In this document: one piece after another, positions 8,578-18,792 of the stretch
Position numbering within the stretch: the stretch's first letter is position 1
Layout: every line of letters starts with the position of its first letter
Origin: Abditibacterium sp.
Lineage (GTDB): Bacteria > Armatimonadota > Abditibacteriia > Abditibacteriales > Abditibacteriaceae
NCBI GenBank assembly: GCA_965199495.1
Contig: CBDASK010000003.1
Coordinates: forward strand, 3,872,001 to 3,936,000
Reading direction: 5' to 3'
Length of the DNA: 64,000 nucleotides
The notes under the pieces: generated by a model
Seen by the model: only the letters and a program-made list of their open reading frames with translations
Databases searched by the model: none
What the model was told of the DNA's origin: nothing
Program-made: the position numbers and the translations under genes

Positions 8578-10500
8578 ATGTGCGGCATCGCAGGCATTCT
8601 TCAACTCGATAATCGTCCGGTCAACGAACGCGAAGTGCGCGCCCTGACGCGCGCGCTGGCGCATCGCGGGCCGGATGGCGAAGGCGTGCGTTGCGCGGGC
8701 AACGTAGGGTTGGGGCACCGGCGGCTTTCGATTATTGATTTGGAAGGCGGCGCGCAACCGCTTTGCAACGAAGATGGCACGGTTTGGGTCAGCTTCAACG
8801 GCGAAATTTATAATTACGTCGAGTTGCAGCGCGACTTGGAAGCGCGCGGTCACGTCTTCGCCACGCACTGCGATACCGAAACCATCGTTCACGCCTACGA
8901 AGAATGGGGCGCGGCGTGCGTCGAAAGGTTTCGCGGGATGTTCGCGTTTGCGATTCACGATGAGCGCCGCCGCCAACTGTTTCTGGCGCGCGACCGATTG
9001 GGCGTCAAACCGTTGGTTTATCGCGTCGAGCCGGAGCGCGTGGCGTGGGCCTCGGAATTGGGAGCGCTCGAAGCGTTGGAAAACGCGCGCTGGGAAATAG
9101 ATTATGGGGCGCTGGGCGCGTTTTTGCGCTTGCAATACATTCCCGCGCCGCTCACGATTTATCGCGATACCTACAAATTGCCGCCCGGCCACACGCTTAC
9201 GCTGTCGCTCGATGCCAAACGGTTCGAGGGCGATTTAAAGCCGCAGCGTTATTGGGATTTATCTTACGCGCCCGACGAAAGCCGCAACGAGAACGAGTGG
9301 ATTGAAGAACTGCATCACGAACTGCGCGAGGCTGTGCGTTTGCGTTTGCGCAGCGATGTTTCGTTTGGCGCGTTTCTGTCGGGCGGCGTGGATTCGAGCG
9401 TCGTCGTCGCGATTATGGCCGAGCAGATGAGCCAGCCGGTGCAAACTTTTAGCATCGCGTTTCCTCACGACGATTTTTCCGAGGCGCCCTATGCGCGCTT
9501 TGTGGCCGAGCAGTGCGGCGCCGTTCACCACGAGGAAATGGTCGAAATGGACGCTTTGAGCGTGCTGCCGCTTTTGATGCGCCATTACGGCGAGCCGTTT
9601 GGCGATTCGTCCGCCGTGCCGACGTATTACGTTTCGCGGCTCGCGCGCGGGCACGTCAAAATGGTTTTGACCGGCGACGGCGGCGACGAATCGTTTCTGG
9701 GCTACAACCATCACAAAGAAGCGTTGCGCCGCGTGCAACCGTTCGCGGGCACGGGCGGTTTGAGCGCGGGCGAATTGAAATTGCGCATGCGTCGTTTGGC
9801 GGGCGATGCTTTGCGTGGCGTGGGCGCTCTGCCCAAACTCGATTCGCCGCTCAAAGTGTGGCGCAACATGGTTTTGACGACCAACGACGAGGAATGGCAA
9901 GCGCTGGCGGCCCCTTCTTGGCGCGATTCGACCGCGTTTTCCCCCCTCGCGCCCGGCTTGCCGCCCGGCGTGGCTGATGTTTACGCGCCGATACAATCTG
10001 ACCGCAAAGACTGGGATTTCTTCGCATGGACGAGTTACCTCGATACGCGCCATTATTTAGGCTCGAACATTCTGGCGAAAGTGGACATCGCGACAATGGC
10101 CAACGGCTTGGAAGCGCGCGGGCCGTTGCTCGATTATAAAGTCATCGAACTGGCGGCCCAAATGCCATCGCGCCATAAACTGAGTTACGACGACGCCGGA
10201 CAGAGCGAAGGCAAACGCGTTTTGAAGCGCGTCGCCGAACGTTATTTTCCCACTGAGTTCGTGCGGCGCCCGAAGATGGGATTTTCCGTGCCCCTCCAAC
10301 ATTGGTTGCGCGGCGCGGAGTTGCGCGAAGTCGAAGCGCGCCTGACCGAATCGTCGTCGCGTTTGGGCGAACTCATCGCGCCCGATGGCGTGCGCGCCTT
10401 GGTGCGCGAACAGGATGTAAGCGGCGACCGTTGCACGCCCGTCTGGCAACTGCTCTGTTTGGACGAATGGTTGCGCCAACATCCGGGAGTTTCGCTATGA
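8578..10500 (+). CDS. asnB: Asparagine synthase (glutamine-hydrolysing) family amidotransferase
   Basis: Start MCGIAG at ATG 8578; HRGPD, GHRRLSIIDL, FNGEIYN, LSGGVDSS, GDGGDE, RPKMGF. Confidence 0.93.
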   Translation: MCGIAGILQLDNRPVNEREVRALTRALAHRGPDGEGVRCAGNVGLGHRRLSIIDLEGGAQPLCNEDGTVWVSFNGEIYNYVELQRDLEARGHVFATHCDTETIVHAYEEWGAACVERFRGMFAFAIHDERRRQLFLARDRLGVKPLVYRVEPERVAWASELGALEALENARWEIDYGALGAFLRLQYIPAPLTIYRDTYKLPPGHTLTLSLDAKRFEGDLKPQRYWDLSYAPDESRNENEWIEELHHELREAVRLRLRSDVSFGAFLSGGVDSSVVVAIMAEQMSQPVQTFSIAFPHDDFSEAPYARFVAEQCGAVHHEEMVEMDALSVLPLLMRHYGEPFGDSSAVPTYYVSRLARGHVKMVLTGDGGDESFLGYNHHKEALRRVQPFAGTGGLSAGELKLRMRRLAGDALRGVGALPKLDSPLKVWRNMVLTTNDEEWQALAAPSWRDSTAFSPLAPGLPPGVADVYAPIQSDRKDWDFFAWTSYLDTRHYLGSNILAKVDIATMANGLEARGPLLDYKVIELAAQMPSRHKLSYDDAGQSEGKRVLKRVAERYFPTEFVRRPKMGFSVPLQHWLRGAELREVEARLTESSSRLGELIAPDGVRALVREQDVSGDRCTPVWQLLCLDEWLRQHPGVSL

Positions 10501-11651
10501 ATCTGAAAAATAAGCGCATTATTTTCGTGTTGGGCGAATTTTCGTTGGGCGGCGCCGAGCGTCAGGCGCTGTTATTGGCGCGAATGTTTCAGCAAAAGTG
10601 TGGCGCTCACGTCGAAATTTGGAGTTTGCATCCCCAAGCGGGCCGCGTCTCGGAATTGTGTGATCAATTCGGTTTGCCGTGGCACACGCTGCCGTTGCAA
10701 TGGAATCCATCGAAGCCTGCTTTATTAAAAGATTTGGCGCGTCTGGCGTGGGCGCTACGTCGCGCGCGGCCCGATGTTTTGATGCCTTATATCACTTTTC
10801 AAAATGTCGCTTGCGGTTTGATTTGGCGCTTGACGGGCGCCAAATTGTGCGTTTGGAATCAGCGCGAAGAAGGTTTGATTCGTCTGGGCGCCAGCGCCGA
10901 AAACGCGGCGGTGGCGCGCACGCCGCTTTTTATCGCCAACTCGCGCGGCGGCGCCGAGTTCTTAACGCGCGATTTGAAAGCGCCCGCCGCCAAAGTTCAC
11001 ACGGTTTATAACGGCGTTGAACTGGCGCCGCCCGCGCGCGGGCGCGACCAATGGCGGCGCGAGTTGGACTTGGCGCCCGGCGATTTCGCGGCGTGTATGG
11101 TGGCGAACTTCAACGGTTACAAAGATCATCTGGGATTGTTGCGCGCGTGGAAACGTGCCGTCGCTTCATACAGCCACGGCGAGCGCGCGGTTTTACTGTT
11201 TGCCGGACGCACCGACGGTTCTTACGCCGAACCCTATCAAGCCGCGCGCGAACTGTGCGAACAATTGGACTTAAACGATCACGTCCGTTTCATGGGCGGC
11301 GTCAGCGATATTTCGGGTTTGCTCGGCGCCGTCGAATTGGGCGCGTTTTGTTCGCATTCGGAAGGCGTGCCCAACGGCGTTTTGGAATGTATGGCGAGCG
11401 GTCTGGCGATGGTCGGCTCCGATATTCCCGGCGTGCGCGAGGCCGTCGGCGAGAATTATCAATTTCTGTCGCCGCCCGGCGACGATGAAACTCTGGCCGC
11501 GACGATTATTCAAATGCAGCGCGACCCCGAATTGCGAGCGCGTCTGGGAAAAGCCAATAAAACGCGCATCGAAACGGCGTTTAGCCCCGAAACTTTGTTG
11601 GCGCGTTCCACCGAATTAATCGCGCGTTATTTACCGCAAACCCAAAAATGA
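10497..11651 (+). CDS. Glycosyltransferase family 4
   Basis: ATGA overlap with asnB stop; GGAERQ, VYNGV, EGVPNGVLECMASG; paralog of 7385-8572. Confidence 0.92.
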   Translation: MNLKNKRIIFVLGEFSLGGAERQALLLARMFQQKCGAHVEIWSLHPQAGRVSELCDQFGLPWHTLPLQWNPSKPALLKDLARLAWALRRARPDVLMPYITFQNVACGLIWRLTGAKLCVWNQREEGLIRLGASAENAAVARTPLFIANSRGGAEFLTRDLKAPAAKVHTVYNGVELAPPARGRDQWRRELDLAPGDFAACMVANFNGYKDHLGLLRAWKRAVASYSHGERAVLLFAGRTDGSYAEPYQAARELCEQLDLNDHVRFMGGVSDISGLLGAVELGAFCSHSEGVPNGVLECMASGLAMVGSDIPGVREAVGENYQFLSPPGDDETLAATIIQMQRDPELRARLGKANKTRIETAFSPETLLARSTELIARYLPQTQK

Positions 11652-12616
11652 AAACCGCCGAATTGACAAATGTGCGAGTATCGGTCGTCATCCCGACTTA
11701 TAATCGCGGCGCTTCCATCGCGCCGACGATTGAAAGCGTTCTCGCTCAAGATTTGCCGCCCGAAGCCTTCGAAATCATCATCGTCAACGATGGTTCGACC
11801 GACGAAACGGGCGCGTTTTTGGACGCGCGTTACGGACAAAATCCGCGCGTGCGCACCTTTCATATTCCAAATGGCGGCGTGGCGCGGGCGCGCAATTTCG
11901 GGTTGGAACAGGCGCGCGGCGAATTCATCGCGTTTCTCGATCACGACGATTTGTGGTTGCCTCGAAAATTGCGTTTGCAGTTGGATCGCATCGAAAACGA
12001 CAAGAAATTCGGCGTGGTTTATAGTTCGTGGGTCGCCGTTGACGAAGCTGGCGCGGAGATGCCGCCGATTATTCAGTTTCAGCGCCAATGGTGGTGGCGT
12101 CCGCGCAATGGCTGCGCCTATCCGTGGACGCTGCTGCCTCATCCGTTGCAATTTGTGCGCAATCCGATTGTTTCGATGAGCGTCCCGCTCATCCGCACGC
12201 AATTGCTGCGCGAAATCGGCGGTTTTGATGCGCGCACTGTGCCTTCGGACGATTGGGATTTGTGGATTCGATTGTCGAAAATCTGCGATTTCGCGGGTGT
12301 CAACGAAGAGTTGGTGCGTTACGTTCACCACGACGGACAGCAGCATAAGCAGATGAAAACCGCGTATGCCTCGGCCCTCGTCATTCTGCGCAAACATCGC
12401 GCGCGTTGGACGCGGCGCCCGTGGCTGCGTTTCAAGCAAGGGGCGTATCGGCGAACCTGCTTCGCCCTGACTTATCACGCGCAAGCCGAAATCGCCGCAG
12501 AGCAAAAGCAATTGGGGCGCCTGATTTGGCTGGCGATAAAAGCCACGATTCAACGTCCCGAAACGCCGTTAATGCGGCGCTGGCACCGGCTTTTTGCCAA
12601 GGCTTTGGGGCGCTAA
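11648..12616 (+). CDS. Glycosyltransferase family 2
   Basis: VSVVIPTYN, VNDGSTD, ARNFG, FLDHDD, DDWDLW. Confidence 0.93.
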   Translation: MKTAELTNVRVSVVIPTYNRGASIAPTIESVLAQDLPPEAFEIIIVNDGSTDETGAFLDARYGQNPRVRTFHIPNGGVARARNFGLEQARGEFIAFLDHDDLWLPRKLRLQLDRIENDKKFGVVYSSWVAVDEAGAEMPPIIQFQRQWWWRPRNGCAYPWTLLPHPLQFVRNPIVSMSVPLIRTQLLREIGGFDARTVPSDDWDLWIRLSKICDFAGVNEELVRYVHHDGQQHKQMKTAYASALVILRKHRARWTRRPWLRFKQGAYRRTCFALTYHAQAEIAAEQKQLGRLIWLAIKATIQRPETPLMRRWHRLFAKALGR

Positions 12617-12620
12617 AGTC

Positions 12621-13574
12621 ATGACATTCACCGATTCGTCACCAACGATTAGCGTCGTGATTCCGACTTATAATTCGGGCGCTTTGCTCAAACAAACGCT
12701 CGATTCGGCGTTGAATCAAACCCTCGCGCCGCTCGAAATACTCGTCGTTGACGACGGCTCGACCGATGGCACAGCCGACTGGATCGAGGCGAATTATGGC
12801 GCGCGCGTGCGCGTGATTCGGCAGCGCAACGGCGGCGTGGCTGCGGCACGCAATACGGGTTGGCGCGCGGCGCGCGGCGAGTGGATCGCGTTTTTAGATC
12901 ACGACGATGTCTGGCACTGCGACAAATTAGAACGCTTGCTCGATGCAGCCACGGCGACGAGGTCGGCGACGACGGCTTCGCCTGTGGGCGTGGTTTATGG
13001 GCGTTGGCGCGAAGTGGACGAACGCGGACAGCCGTTGCCCGCGTCGGCGCAATTGACGCGACAAAAACGGTGGCACGGCGCGAGCGGTTATGTTTTTGGT
13101 TGGCTCTTTGGCTGGCGTTGCCCGATAGTTTCGATGAGCGTGCCCATCGTGCGGCGCGATTTGTTGGAACAAATCGGCGGCTTCGATTCGCGTTGCGTGC
13201 CGTGCGACGATTGGGATTTGTGGTTGCGTCTGGCGCGCGTTTGTCAGTTTGGTTTTGTGGACGAAACTCTGGTGGATTATCGCTGTTACGCGACGCAACA
13301 AAGTCGCGACGAAACCAAAGCGTTACGCGCGGCGCGGCGCGTTTTGGGCAAGCATCGGTTCGATTTGGCGACGCGACCGTTGCTGTTTTGGTGGTGGCTG
13401 TGGCTGGGCGCGTTCGGCGCTTCGCTCCCGGCTTATAATGCGGCCAAACGCGCTGATTCATGGAGCGCGTTTGCTAAAGCGTTGGCGCGCGCGATGCGGG
13501 CGCATCCGCTCGCGTTGCTGGCGCCGCAATGGTTGGCTTTGATTGGTAAGTTTGGACTGAAACGTCGCGATTAA
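12621..13574 (+). CDS. Glycosyltransferase family 2
   Basis: ISVVIPTYN, VDDGSTD, ARNTG, FLDHDD, DDWDLW; paralog of upstream GT2. Confidence 0.93.
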   Translation: MTFTDSSPTISVVIPTYNSGALLKQTLDSALNQTLAPLEILVVDDGSTDGTADWIEANYGARVRVIRQRNGGVAAARNTGWRAARGEWIAFLDHDDVWHCDKLERLLDAATATRSATTASPVGVVYGRWREVDERGQPLPASAQLTRQKRWHGASGYVFGWLFGWRCPIVSMSVPIVRRDLLEQIGGFDSRCVPCDDWDLWLRLARVCQFGFVDETLVDYRCYATQQSRDETKALRAARRVLGKHRFDLATRPLLFWWWLWLGAFGASLPAYNAAKRADSWSAFAKALARAMRAHPLALLAPQWLALIGKFGLKRRD

Positions 13575-13583
13575 CGGTTTTGG

Positions 13584-15956
13584 TCAAGCGTCGGCTTTGA
13601 GCGCGCCCTGGGGCGCGATGACGCGGTAGACGCGCGTATCAGTGTCGTCGAAGGCGACGGGCAAATGTAGATGGTCGAGCAGTTTCATTTTCGAGGCGTC
13701 CAACTTTTTGTGAACCACGAAATAGCGCACGTCCAGTTTTTGAAGTTCGCGCAGCGCCGGGCCATAATCGAAACCGGGGCCGGGGACTTTGCCTATGGGT
13801 TCATTGGGCAGGAGGAAAATGTCGCTACTGAGCGCGCGCAGAAGCGGATTGTGCGCGGCGAGGGCGAACGCCTGCGGAGGACAACGCGAGACGATGCCAA
13901 CAATGGTGGCTTTTTCGTGCGTGACCTGCCAGCCTCCATAACGCTGGCTCAGAGCGACGGGCACATCCACGACGGCGTAATTTTGTGGGTCGTGCGCGAT
14001 GCGCTGGTAAAATGCGGGCACGCTGATGTCCGAAGTCGGAAACGGCCACGGCGCATACTCGAAAATCATCAGGCCCATCAGCCCCAGCGCCACAAGGGGT
14101 ACTATGGCGGCGCGGCGTTGGCGCACCGCACTTAAAAGTTGTTGCAATCCCACGGCGGCGAAGGGCGCACAACACATTAATACCAACACGCTCATACGCG
14201 GCGGCACGCGGAAGGCTTTGAAACCCGGCAGATAGGGCGTGAGCCAGTTGAACGGTAATTCGACGTTATGAATGCTCTCGAATGGCGACAGCGATAGCGC
14301 AAAGCGATTGGCCCAATCCAATATTTGTGTGGTGTTCCAGGGCGGATCGAGTCCGTTGCCGGGCGCGCCCAGAGCGGTCAGGTAAATCAGGGCGTTGTTT
14401 GCTCCACCATGAAGATAAATTGTGGGGCCAAAGGCGAAAACAAAGGCCGCAACGCCTGCGACGAACCACGGTAAAAACGCGCTTTGTTGTTCGCGCCCGC
14501 GACGCCAACAGAGCGGAAGCGCGCACAGCGCGAGAATACAAAAACCGGGCGTCACATTGGTTTCAACGCTATTGAACGGATTGTGCTTGCTCAATACCGG
14601 GTTCAATTTGCCGGGGGTAAGCCAACTGGACACGGCGATGGTGAACGTGCCCGACTCTGTCGAGCGTTTCATGTAAGACGCGCTACGACTTTCGCGCGCA
14701 AGGGGTATCAGCATCGGCGCCAGCAAAACCCCGCACACAGCCAACGCGCTCGCGGCGCTGGCGAGGCGTTGCCAGCGAAAGGCTTGCCCGGCCCGCCGCA
14801 GACTCCACTCGACGCCAATCCAGAGCGCGACGGCGACGAACGTGCCAAAGAGCAGATATTGCCAGTCGCACAAGCCCGCCAACGCCAGCGCCACGCCCGC
14901 TCCCAACACGGTGCGCGCGCGGCCATCGAGCAGGGCCGCATAAAAAAGGCCCGCGAAAACCGGCAGAAACTGCGCCGATGTCAGATTGGCGTGCCCCAAT
15001 CCGTGCATCATGAAATAAGGCGAAAACCCGAAAACCGGCGCGACCAAAAACGAGGCCAGACGCGCGCGCGTTAAGCCGCACGAAAGCCAGTAGGCCGCGA
15101 AAGCGCACAGCGCGGGCGTCAGTAAAAACAGCAGATTATAAGTTTCAACGGGCGAGAAAAAATGGAGCAACGGCCACGCCAGCGCGCAATCGAACCAGTT
15201 CATGGTGTGGAATAACAGCGGCACCGAAGACGGATAAAACAGGAGGTTGGTCGAAAGCAGCGGTGCGCCGGTTTGCAGCGCGTGCGAGAAATACCAGTTG
15301 TTCCACACGAAAACCCACGCATCGCCGCCATCACCCGCCAAAGCGCTGCTGAGTTGCTGCGCGACGGGCCACGTTAGCACAACCGAGAGCGCGAGGTAAG
15401 CCGCGAACACGAGGGGCCAGCCGCGCCACGCGACCGAAAAATCGGGTGCGACGGGCAACGGGCGCTCGCGTTTCGCTCTCGCTTCGCGCTCTGCGGCGGC
15501 GGCGTGGCTGCTCTTGAGAACAGCACTCGTTGGCAAAGGCTCGCGGTCGTCAACGACCAGCGTTTTGGCTAATCGGTCGTGCCAGCCACGGCGCAATGGA
15601 TCGGAGAGAATCGGCAGAAAACCGACTTTGAGCGGCAGGCACGCCAACGCGTAACCGCCAACGCGATAAAGCGCGCGACGGGCGTTCATCGGCTCGCCAT
15701 CGGCGGCGATGACGCGCACGCGCCACAACTGTTTGCCCGGCGTCTGCCCGCTCGACCAACCCCACCACAAATAACACCAGCACGCTATCGGACTCAGATA
15801 TTGCATCCGCGTTAGCCAGAGCAACGGGTCGGGCGAGAAGTAGGTCACGAAGCTGAGGGGGATCAGATGTGCCAACAACAAAAATAGGGCGTCGGTCGCC
15901 GAGGCCGCCCAACGCCGAAAGGGAGAGGCCAAGAAAACACCTTCAAAGGCAGACAT
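13584..15956 (-). CDS. RDD-domain protein fused to multi-TM (YfhO/GT-C-like) membrane protein
   Basis: N-terminal RRWAA..DA, GQTPGK..RVRV, RRGWHDRLAKTLVV (RDD); then many TM helices with GDGGDAWVFVWN and FRVPPR motifs. Confidence 0.75.
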   Translation of the reverse strand: MSAFEGVFLASPFRRWAASATDALFLLLAHLIPLSFVTYFSPDPLLWLTRMQYLSPIACWCYLWWGWSSGQTPGKQLWRVRVIAADGEPMNARRALYRVGGYALACLPLKVGFLPILSDPLRRGWHDRLAKTLVVDDREPLPTSAVLKSSHAAAAEREARAKRERPLPVAPDFSVAWRGWPLVFAAYLALSVVLTWPVAQQLSSALAGDGGDAWVFVWNNWYFSHALQTGAPLLSTNLLFYPSSVPLLFHTMNWFDCALAWPLLHFFSPVETYNLLFLLTPALCAFAAYWLSCGLTRARLASFLVAPVFGFSPYFMMHGLGHANLTSAQFLPVFAGLFYAALLDGRARTVLGAGVALALAGLCDWQYLLFGTFVAVALWIGVEWSLRRAGQAFRWQRLASAASALAVCGVLLAPMLIPLARESRSASYMKRSTESGTFTIAVSSWLTPGKLNPVLSKHNPFNSVETNVTPGFCILALCALPLCWRRGREQQSAFLPWFVAGVAAFVFAFGPTIYLHGGANNALIYLTALGAPGNGLDPPWNTTQILDWANRFALSLSPFESIHNVELPFNWLTPYLPGFKAFRVPPRMSVLVLMCCAPFAAVGLQQLLSAVRQRRAAIVPLVALGLMGLMIFEYAPWPFPTSDISVPAFYQRIAHDPQNYAVVDVPVALSQRYGGWQVTHEKATIVGIVSRCPPQAFALAAHNPLLRALSSDIFLLPNEPIGKVPGPGFDYGPALRELQKLDVRYFVVHKKLDASKMKLLDHLHLPVAFDDTDTRVYRVIAPQGALKADA

Positions 15957-16000
15957 AATTGGGTCGCCCTTCGCGCGTCGGAAAAGCGGCTCACAAAAGG

Positions 16001-17122
16001 TTACTTCAATGCCAACTCATACGCTTTCAATACGCCGCGCGCCTGCGCCTCGACGGTGAAACGCTGCGTCCAATTTTTGCCGCGTTGAATCAGTTCGTCG
16101 CGCAAATCGGCGTCGCGCATCATCAGTTCCAAACCATCGCGAATAGATTGCGTTTCGTAGGGATCAATTTTGACGGCGGCATCGCCCGCGACTTCGGGCA
16201 TCGAAGCGCGATTGCTCGTCAAAACCGGCGCGCCCGCCGCCATCGCTTCGATGATGGGCAAACCGAAACCCTCATACAAACTTGGATAAGCGAAAACCTG
16301 CGCGCCCGCGTAAAGCGCGGGCAGTTCCTCGTCCAAGACGTAGCCAGTGAAACGAATATCGGGATCGGTTTTTTGTAAGTCGTCGCCCCAGCCGGGTTTG
16401 CCGGTAATCACCAACTGTTGCAGCCACGTCGGGTTGGCGCGCTTGATTTGGCGAAACGCTTTGATCAAACGCGCCACGTTTTTGCGCGGCTGCAAAACGC
16501 CGACGCTCAAAACGTAGGGCGCGTCGGTCAAATCGTATTTGCGACGCAGTTCGGCGATTTGCGCGGGCGCAACCGGCGCACGAAAGCGGTCGTCGAGGCC
16601 AATCGTCGTCAGCGAAATTTTGTTGGGATTGACGCGCAGCGCCCGCGCGATTTCGTTTTTGCTGGAACGGCTTTCGGTTAGAATGCGCCGCGCGCGCCGG
16701 ACGGAAAGCGGCATCGCCAGATTCATAATCGCGCGATCTTTGGCGGGGAATGTTCGGGGTAAAGCGCGCCACACGACATCGTGAATCGTGGTCACGAACG
16801 GGCAGGGCAACGGCCCCGGCGCCAGATAATTAACGTGAACCAGCGCGGGCCGATTTTCCCATGCCCAGCGTGGCAAAGTCCACGCGCTCCACACGCGGCC
16901 ATTGCGCGCGGGCAAAACGTGCGTCGCAAAGCGCGATGGACTTGACGCCGTGGCTGCTACGATCAAACCGGCTTCGTCGGGCGCGTCGAGCAAAATATCG
17001 AATTCGTAGGGCGACGGCACGCGCGCCAGACCGCGCAGAAGTCCCAGCGTGTAAGTGCGGTCTCCGGTTTTGGGCTGGAGAATCGTGCGCGCGTCAATGG
17101 CGATGCGAGGAAGTGTTGGCAA
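16001..17122 (-). CDS. Glycosyltransferase family 4 (mannosyltransferase-like); start uncertain
   Basis: RIAIDAR, VTTIHD, VGVLQPRKN, PSLYEGFGLPIIEAMA. Confidence 0.92.
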   Translation of the reverse strand: MPTLPRIAIDARTILQPKTGDRTYTLGLLRGLARVPSPYEFDILLDAPDEAGLIVAATASSPSRFATHVLPARNGRVWSAWTLPRWAWENRPALVHVNYLAPGPLPCPFVTTIHDVVWRALPRTFPAKDRAIMNLAMPLSVRRARRILTESRSSKNEIARALRVNPNKISLTTIGLDDRFRAPVAPAQIAELRRKYDLTDAPYVLSVGVLQPRKNVARLIKAFRQIKRANPTWLQQLVITGKPGWGDDLQKTDPDIRFTGYVLDEELPALYAGAQVFAYPSLYEGFGLPIIEAMAAGAPVLTSNRASMPEVAGDAAVKIDPYETQSIRDGLELMMRDADLRDELIQRGKNWTQRFTVEAQARGVLKAYELALK

Positions 17123-17170
17123 GGCGTGTAGAGTATGGATGTTCGCGCGAATTTGTGGCGAGACCAACAA

Positions 17171-17206
17171 AAAAGCTCAAAAACGCGTTTACGTTCTTGA
17201 GCTTTT
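17171..17206. terminator. Terminator-like hairpin
   Basis: aaaagctcaa...ttgagctttt stem with A/T tails. Confidence 0.45.
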
Positions 17207-17211
17207 CTAAC

Positions 17212-17416
17212 TAACCCCGTGTGCAAGTTGTTTTTAGCTCCTCGCCTTGTCATTCTGAGCGCAGTGAGGCACGAACGAAGTCGAAGAATCCATCGGTCGC
17301 GAGTCAAATCGGCTTTCGTCGAAGCCGTTAAGTCATGGATTCTTCGACTTCGTTCGTGCCTCACTGCGCTCAGAATGACAAGGCGAGGAGCTAAAAACAA
17401 CTTGTACACCGGGTTA
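17212..17416. repeat. Long inverted-repeat element, GTCATTCTGAGC...GAAGAATC family (copy 1)
   Basis: About 80 bp near-perfect arms around a about 40 bp spacer. Confidence 0.92.
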
Positions 17417-17427
17417 ACTATAAAATC

Positions 17428-17913
17428 TCAGCGCCCCATCAACATCCATGCGACTAACACGATAAAGGCGCACACGGCGAAACCGATAACCGCGACATTG
17501 GGAATGCCCGTCGAACTTCGCGAGCGTGTGGCGACGCCACCTGCGGGATTTTTTCTGGTCATTCCATTGCCCGCAGATAGCGCTGGCGGAGCATAAACTT
17601 CTTCGGGCGCTTCGGCTTTGCGCGCGTGAATTTCGGCGCACTTGGCGCAACGGAAATAACCGGGGTTCTCGTCGGCGCCAAACCAATTATCGCAGTCAGG
17701 GCATTTGCGCAGATAATGATCGTCGCACAGCGGTTGGGGTGGAGTATCGAGGTTGAGGTAACGTTCGTCGTCGAAAACGGGAAACGCCGGACGCAGTTTT
17801 TGGTCGCAACGCGCGCACACAAACGGAAACAAATCGCCGCAGTGGGGACACTGGACGCGTCGTGCGTTAGAGGAAATGTTGCCTCCGCAGGATTTACAGT
17901 TCAACGTTGCCAT
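17428..17913 (-). CDS. Cys-rich multi zinc-ribbon protein with C-terminal TM anchor
   Basis: CKSC, CPHC, CARC, CDDH, CPDC, CAKC; hydrophobic C-terminus. Confidence 0.75.
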   Translation of the reverse strand: MATLNCKSCGGNISSNARRVQCPHCGDLFPFVCARCDQKLRPAFPVFDDERYLNLDTPPQPLCDDHYLRKCPDCDNWFGADENPGYFRCAKCAEIHARKAEAPEEVYAPPALSAGNGMTRKNPAGGVATRSRSSTGIPNVAVIGFAVCAFIVLVAWMLMGR

Positions 17914-17939
17914 GAACGAATGTTACCTCGATTTCAAAA

Positions 17940-18746
17940 CTATCCTACCTGAGCCGCCTTGACGATGGCCGCGAAACTATCGGCTTTGAGACTGGCACCG
18001 CCGACCAGAGCGCCGTCAACATGCTCCATGCTCAGCAGCTCTTTGGCCGATTCAGGTTTGACGCTGCCGCCATATTGAATGCGTACCGCCTCGCCGACCG
18101 CCGAGCCGAATTGGCTGGCAATCGTCGCGCGAATCACGCCACAAACGCGATTGGCTTCGGGCGCCTCGCAGGTCTCGCCGGTGCCGATGGCCCACACCGG
18201 CTCATAAGCCAAAACTAAACCGCTCACCTGCTGCGCGCTCAAACCATCGAGCGCGAGGGTGACCTGATTTTCTACTACGGCATCAGTATGGCCATTTTGC
18301 CGCTCGGTCAAGGATTCGCCAACGCACACAATTGGAACAAGTCCGCCCGCCAGCGCCGCCGCCGTCTTGAGATGAACTGAAGCATCAGAATCGCCAAACA
18401 CGTTTCCGGCTTGACCTTCCAAGTCGGGTTCGGGCACGCCAAAGCGCCCGCGCCGCTCGGAGTGGCCGACCAAAACGTAGGTCGCGCCCGCGTCGGTCAA
18501 AAGTGGCGCCGAAATTTCGCCGGTATAAGCGCCCGATTCTTTCCAGTAAATATCTTGTCCGCCGATTTGAATGGCGGAATTTTGCGCGCCCGCTTTGGCG
18601 GCGGCCAGAGCCGTAAAAGGCGGAAAGATCAGCACGTCAACGTCGTTGGTGTCGGCGAGGGCGCTGGTAAGTTCGGAGAAAAATGAAGAAGTTTCGGCAA
18701 TGGTTTTATTGAGTTTCCAGTTGCCAGCAATGATTGGTGTTCGCAT
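17940..18746 (-). CDS. tpiA: Triosephosphate isomerase
   Basis: AGNWK, GHSERR, AYEPVWAIGTG, YGGSVK, LVGGASL. Confidence 0.98.
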   Translation of the reverse strand: MRTPIIAGNWKLNKTIAETSSFFSELTSALADTNDVDVLIFPPFTALAAAKAGAQNSAIQIGGQDIYWKESGAYTGEISAPLLTDAGATYVLVGHSERRGRFGVPEPDLEGQAGNVFGDSDASVHLKTAAALAGGLVPIVCVGESLTERQNGHTDAVVENQVTLALDGLSAQQVSGLVLAYEPVWAIGTGETCEAPEANRVCGVIRATIASQFGSAVGEAVRIQYGGSVKPESAKELLSMEHVDGALVGGASLKADSFAAIVKAAQVG

Positions 18747-18792
18747 GATTTTAAGTTTTGTTTTCTGTGGGATACGTTAAATGTTGCGATGT

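Noticed and set aside
16963..17596. ORFs 16963-17409 (-) and 17219-17596 (+) with near-identical N-termini
   Set aside because: Artefacts of translating the two arms of the 17212-17416 palindrome
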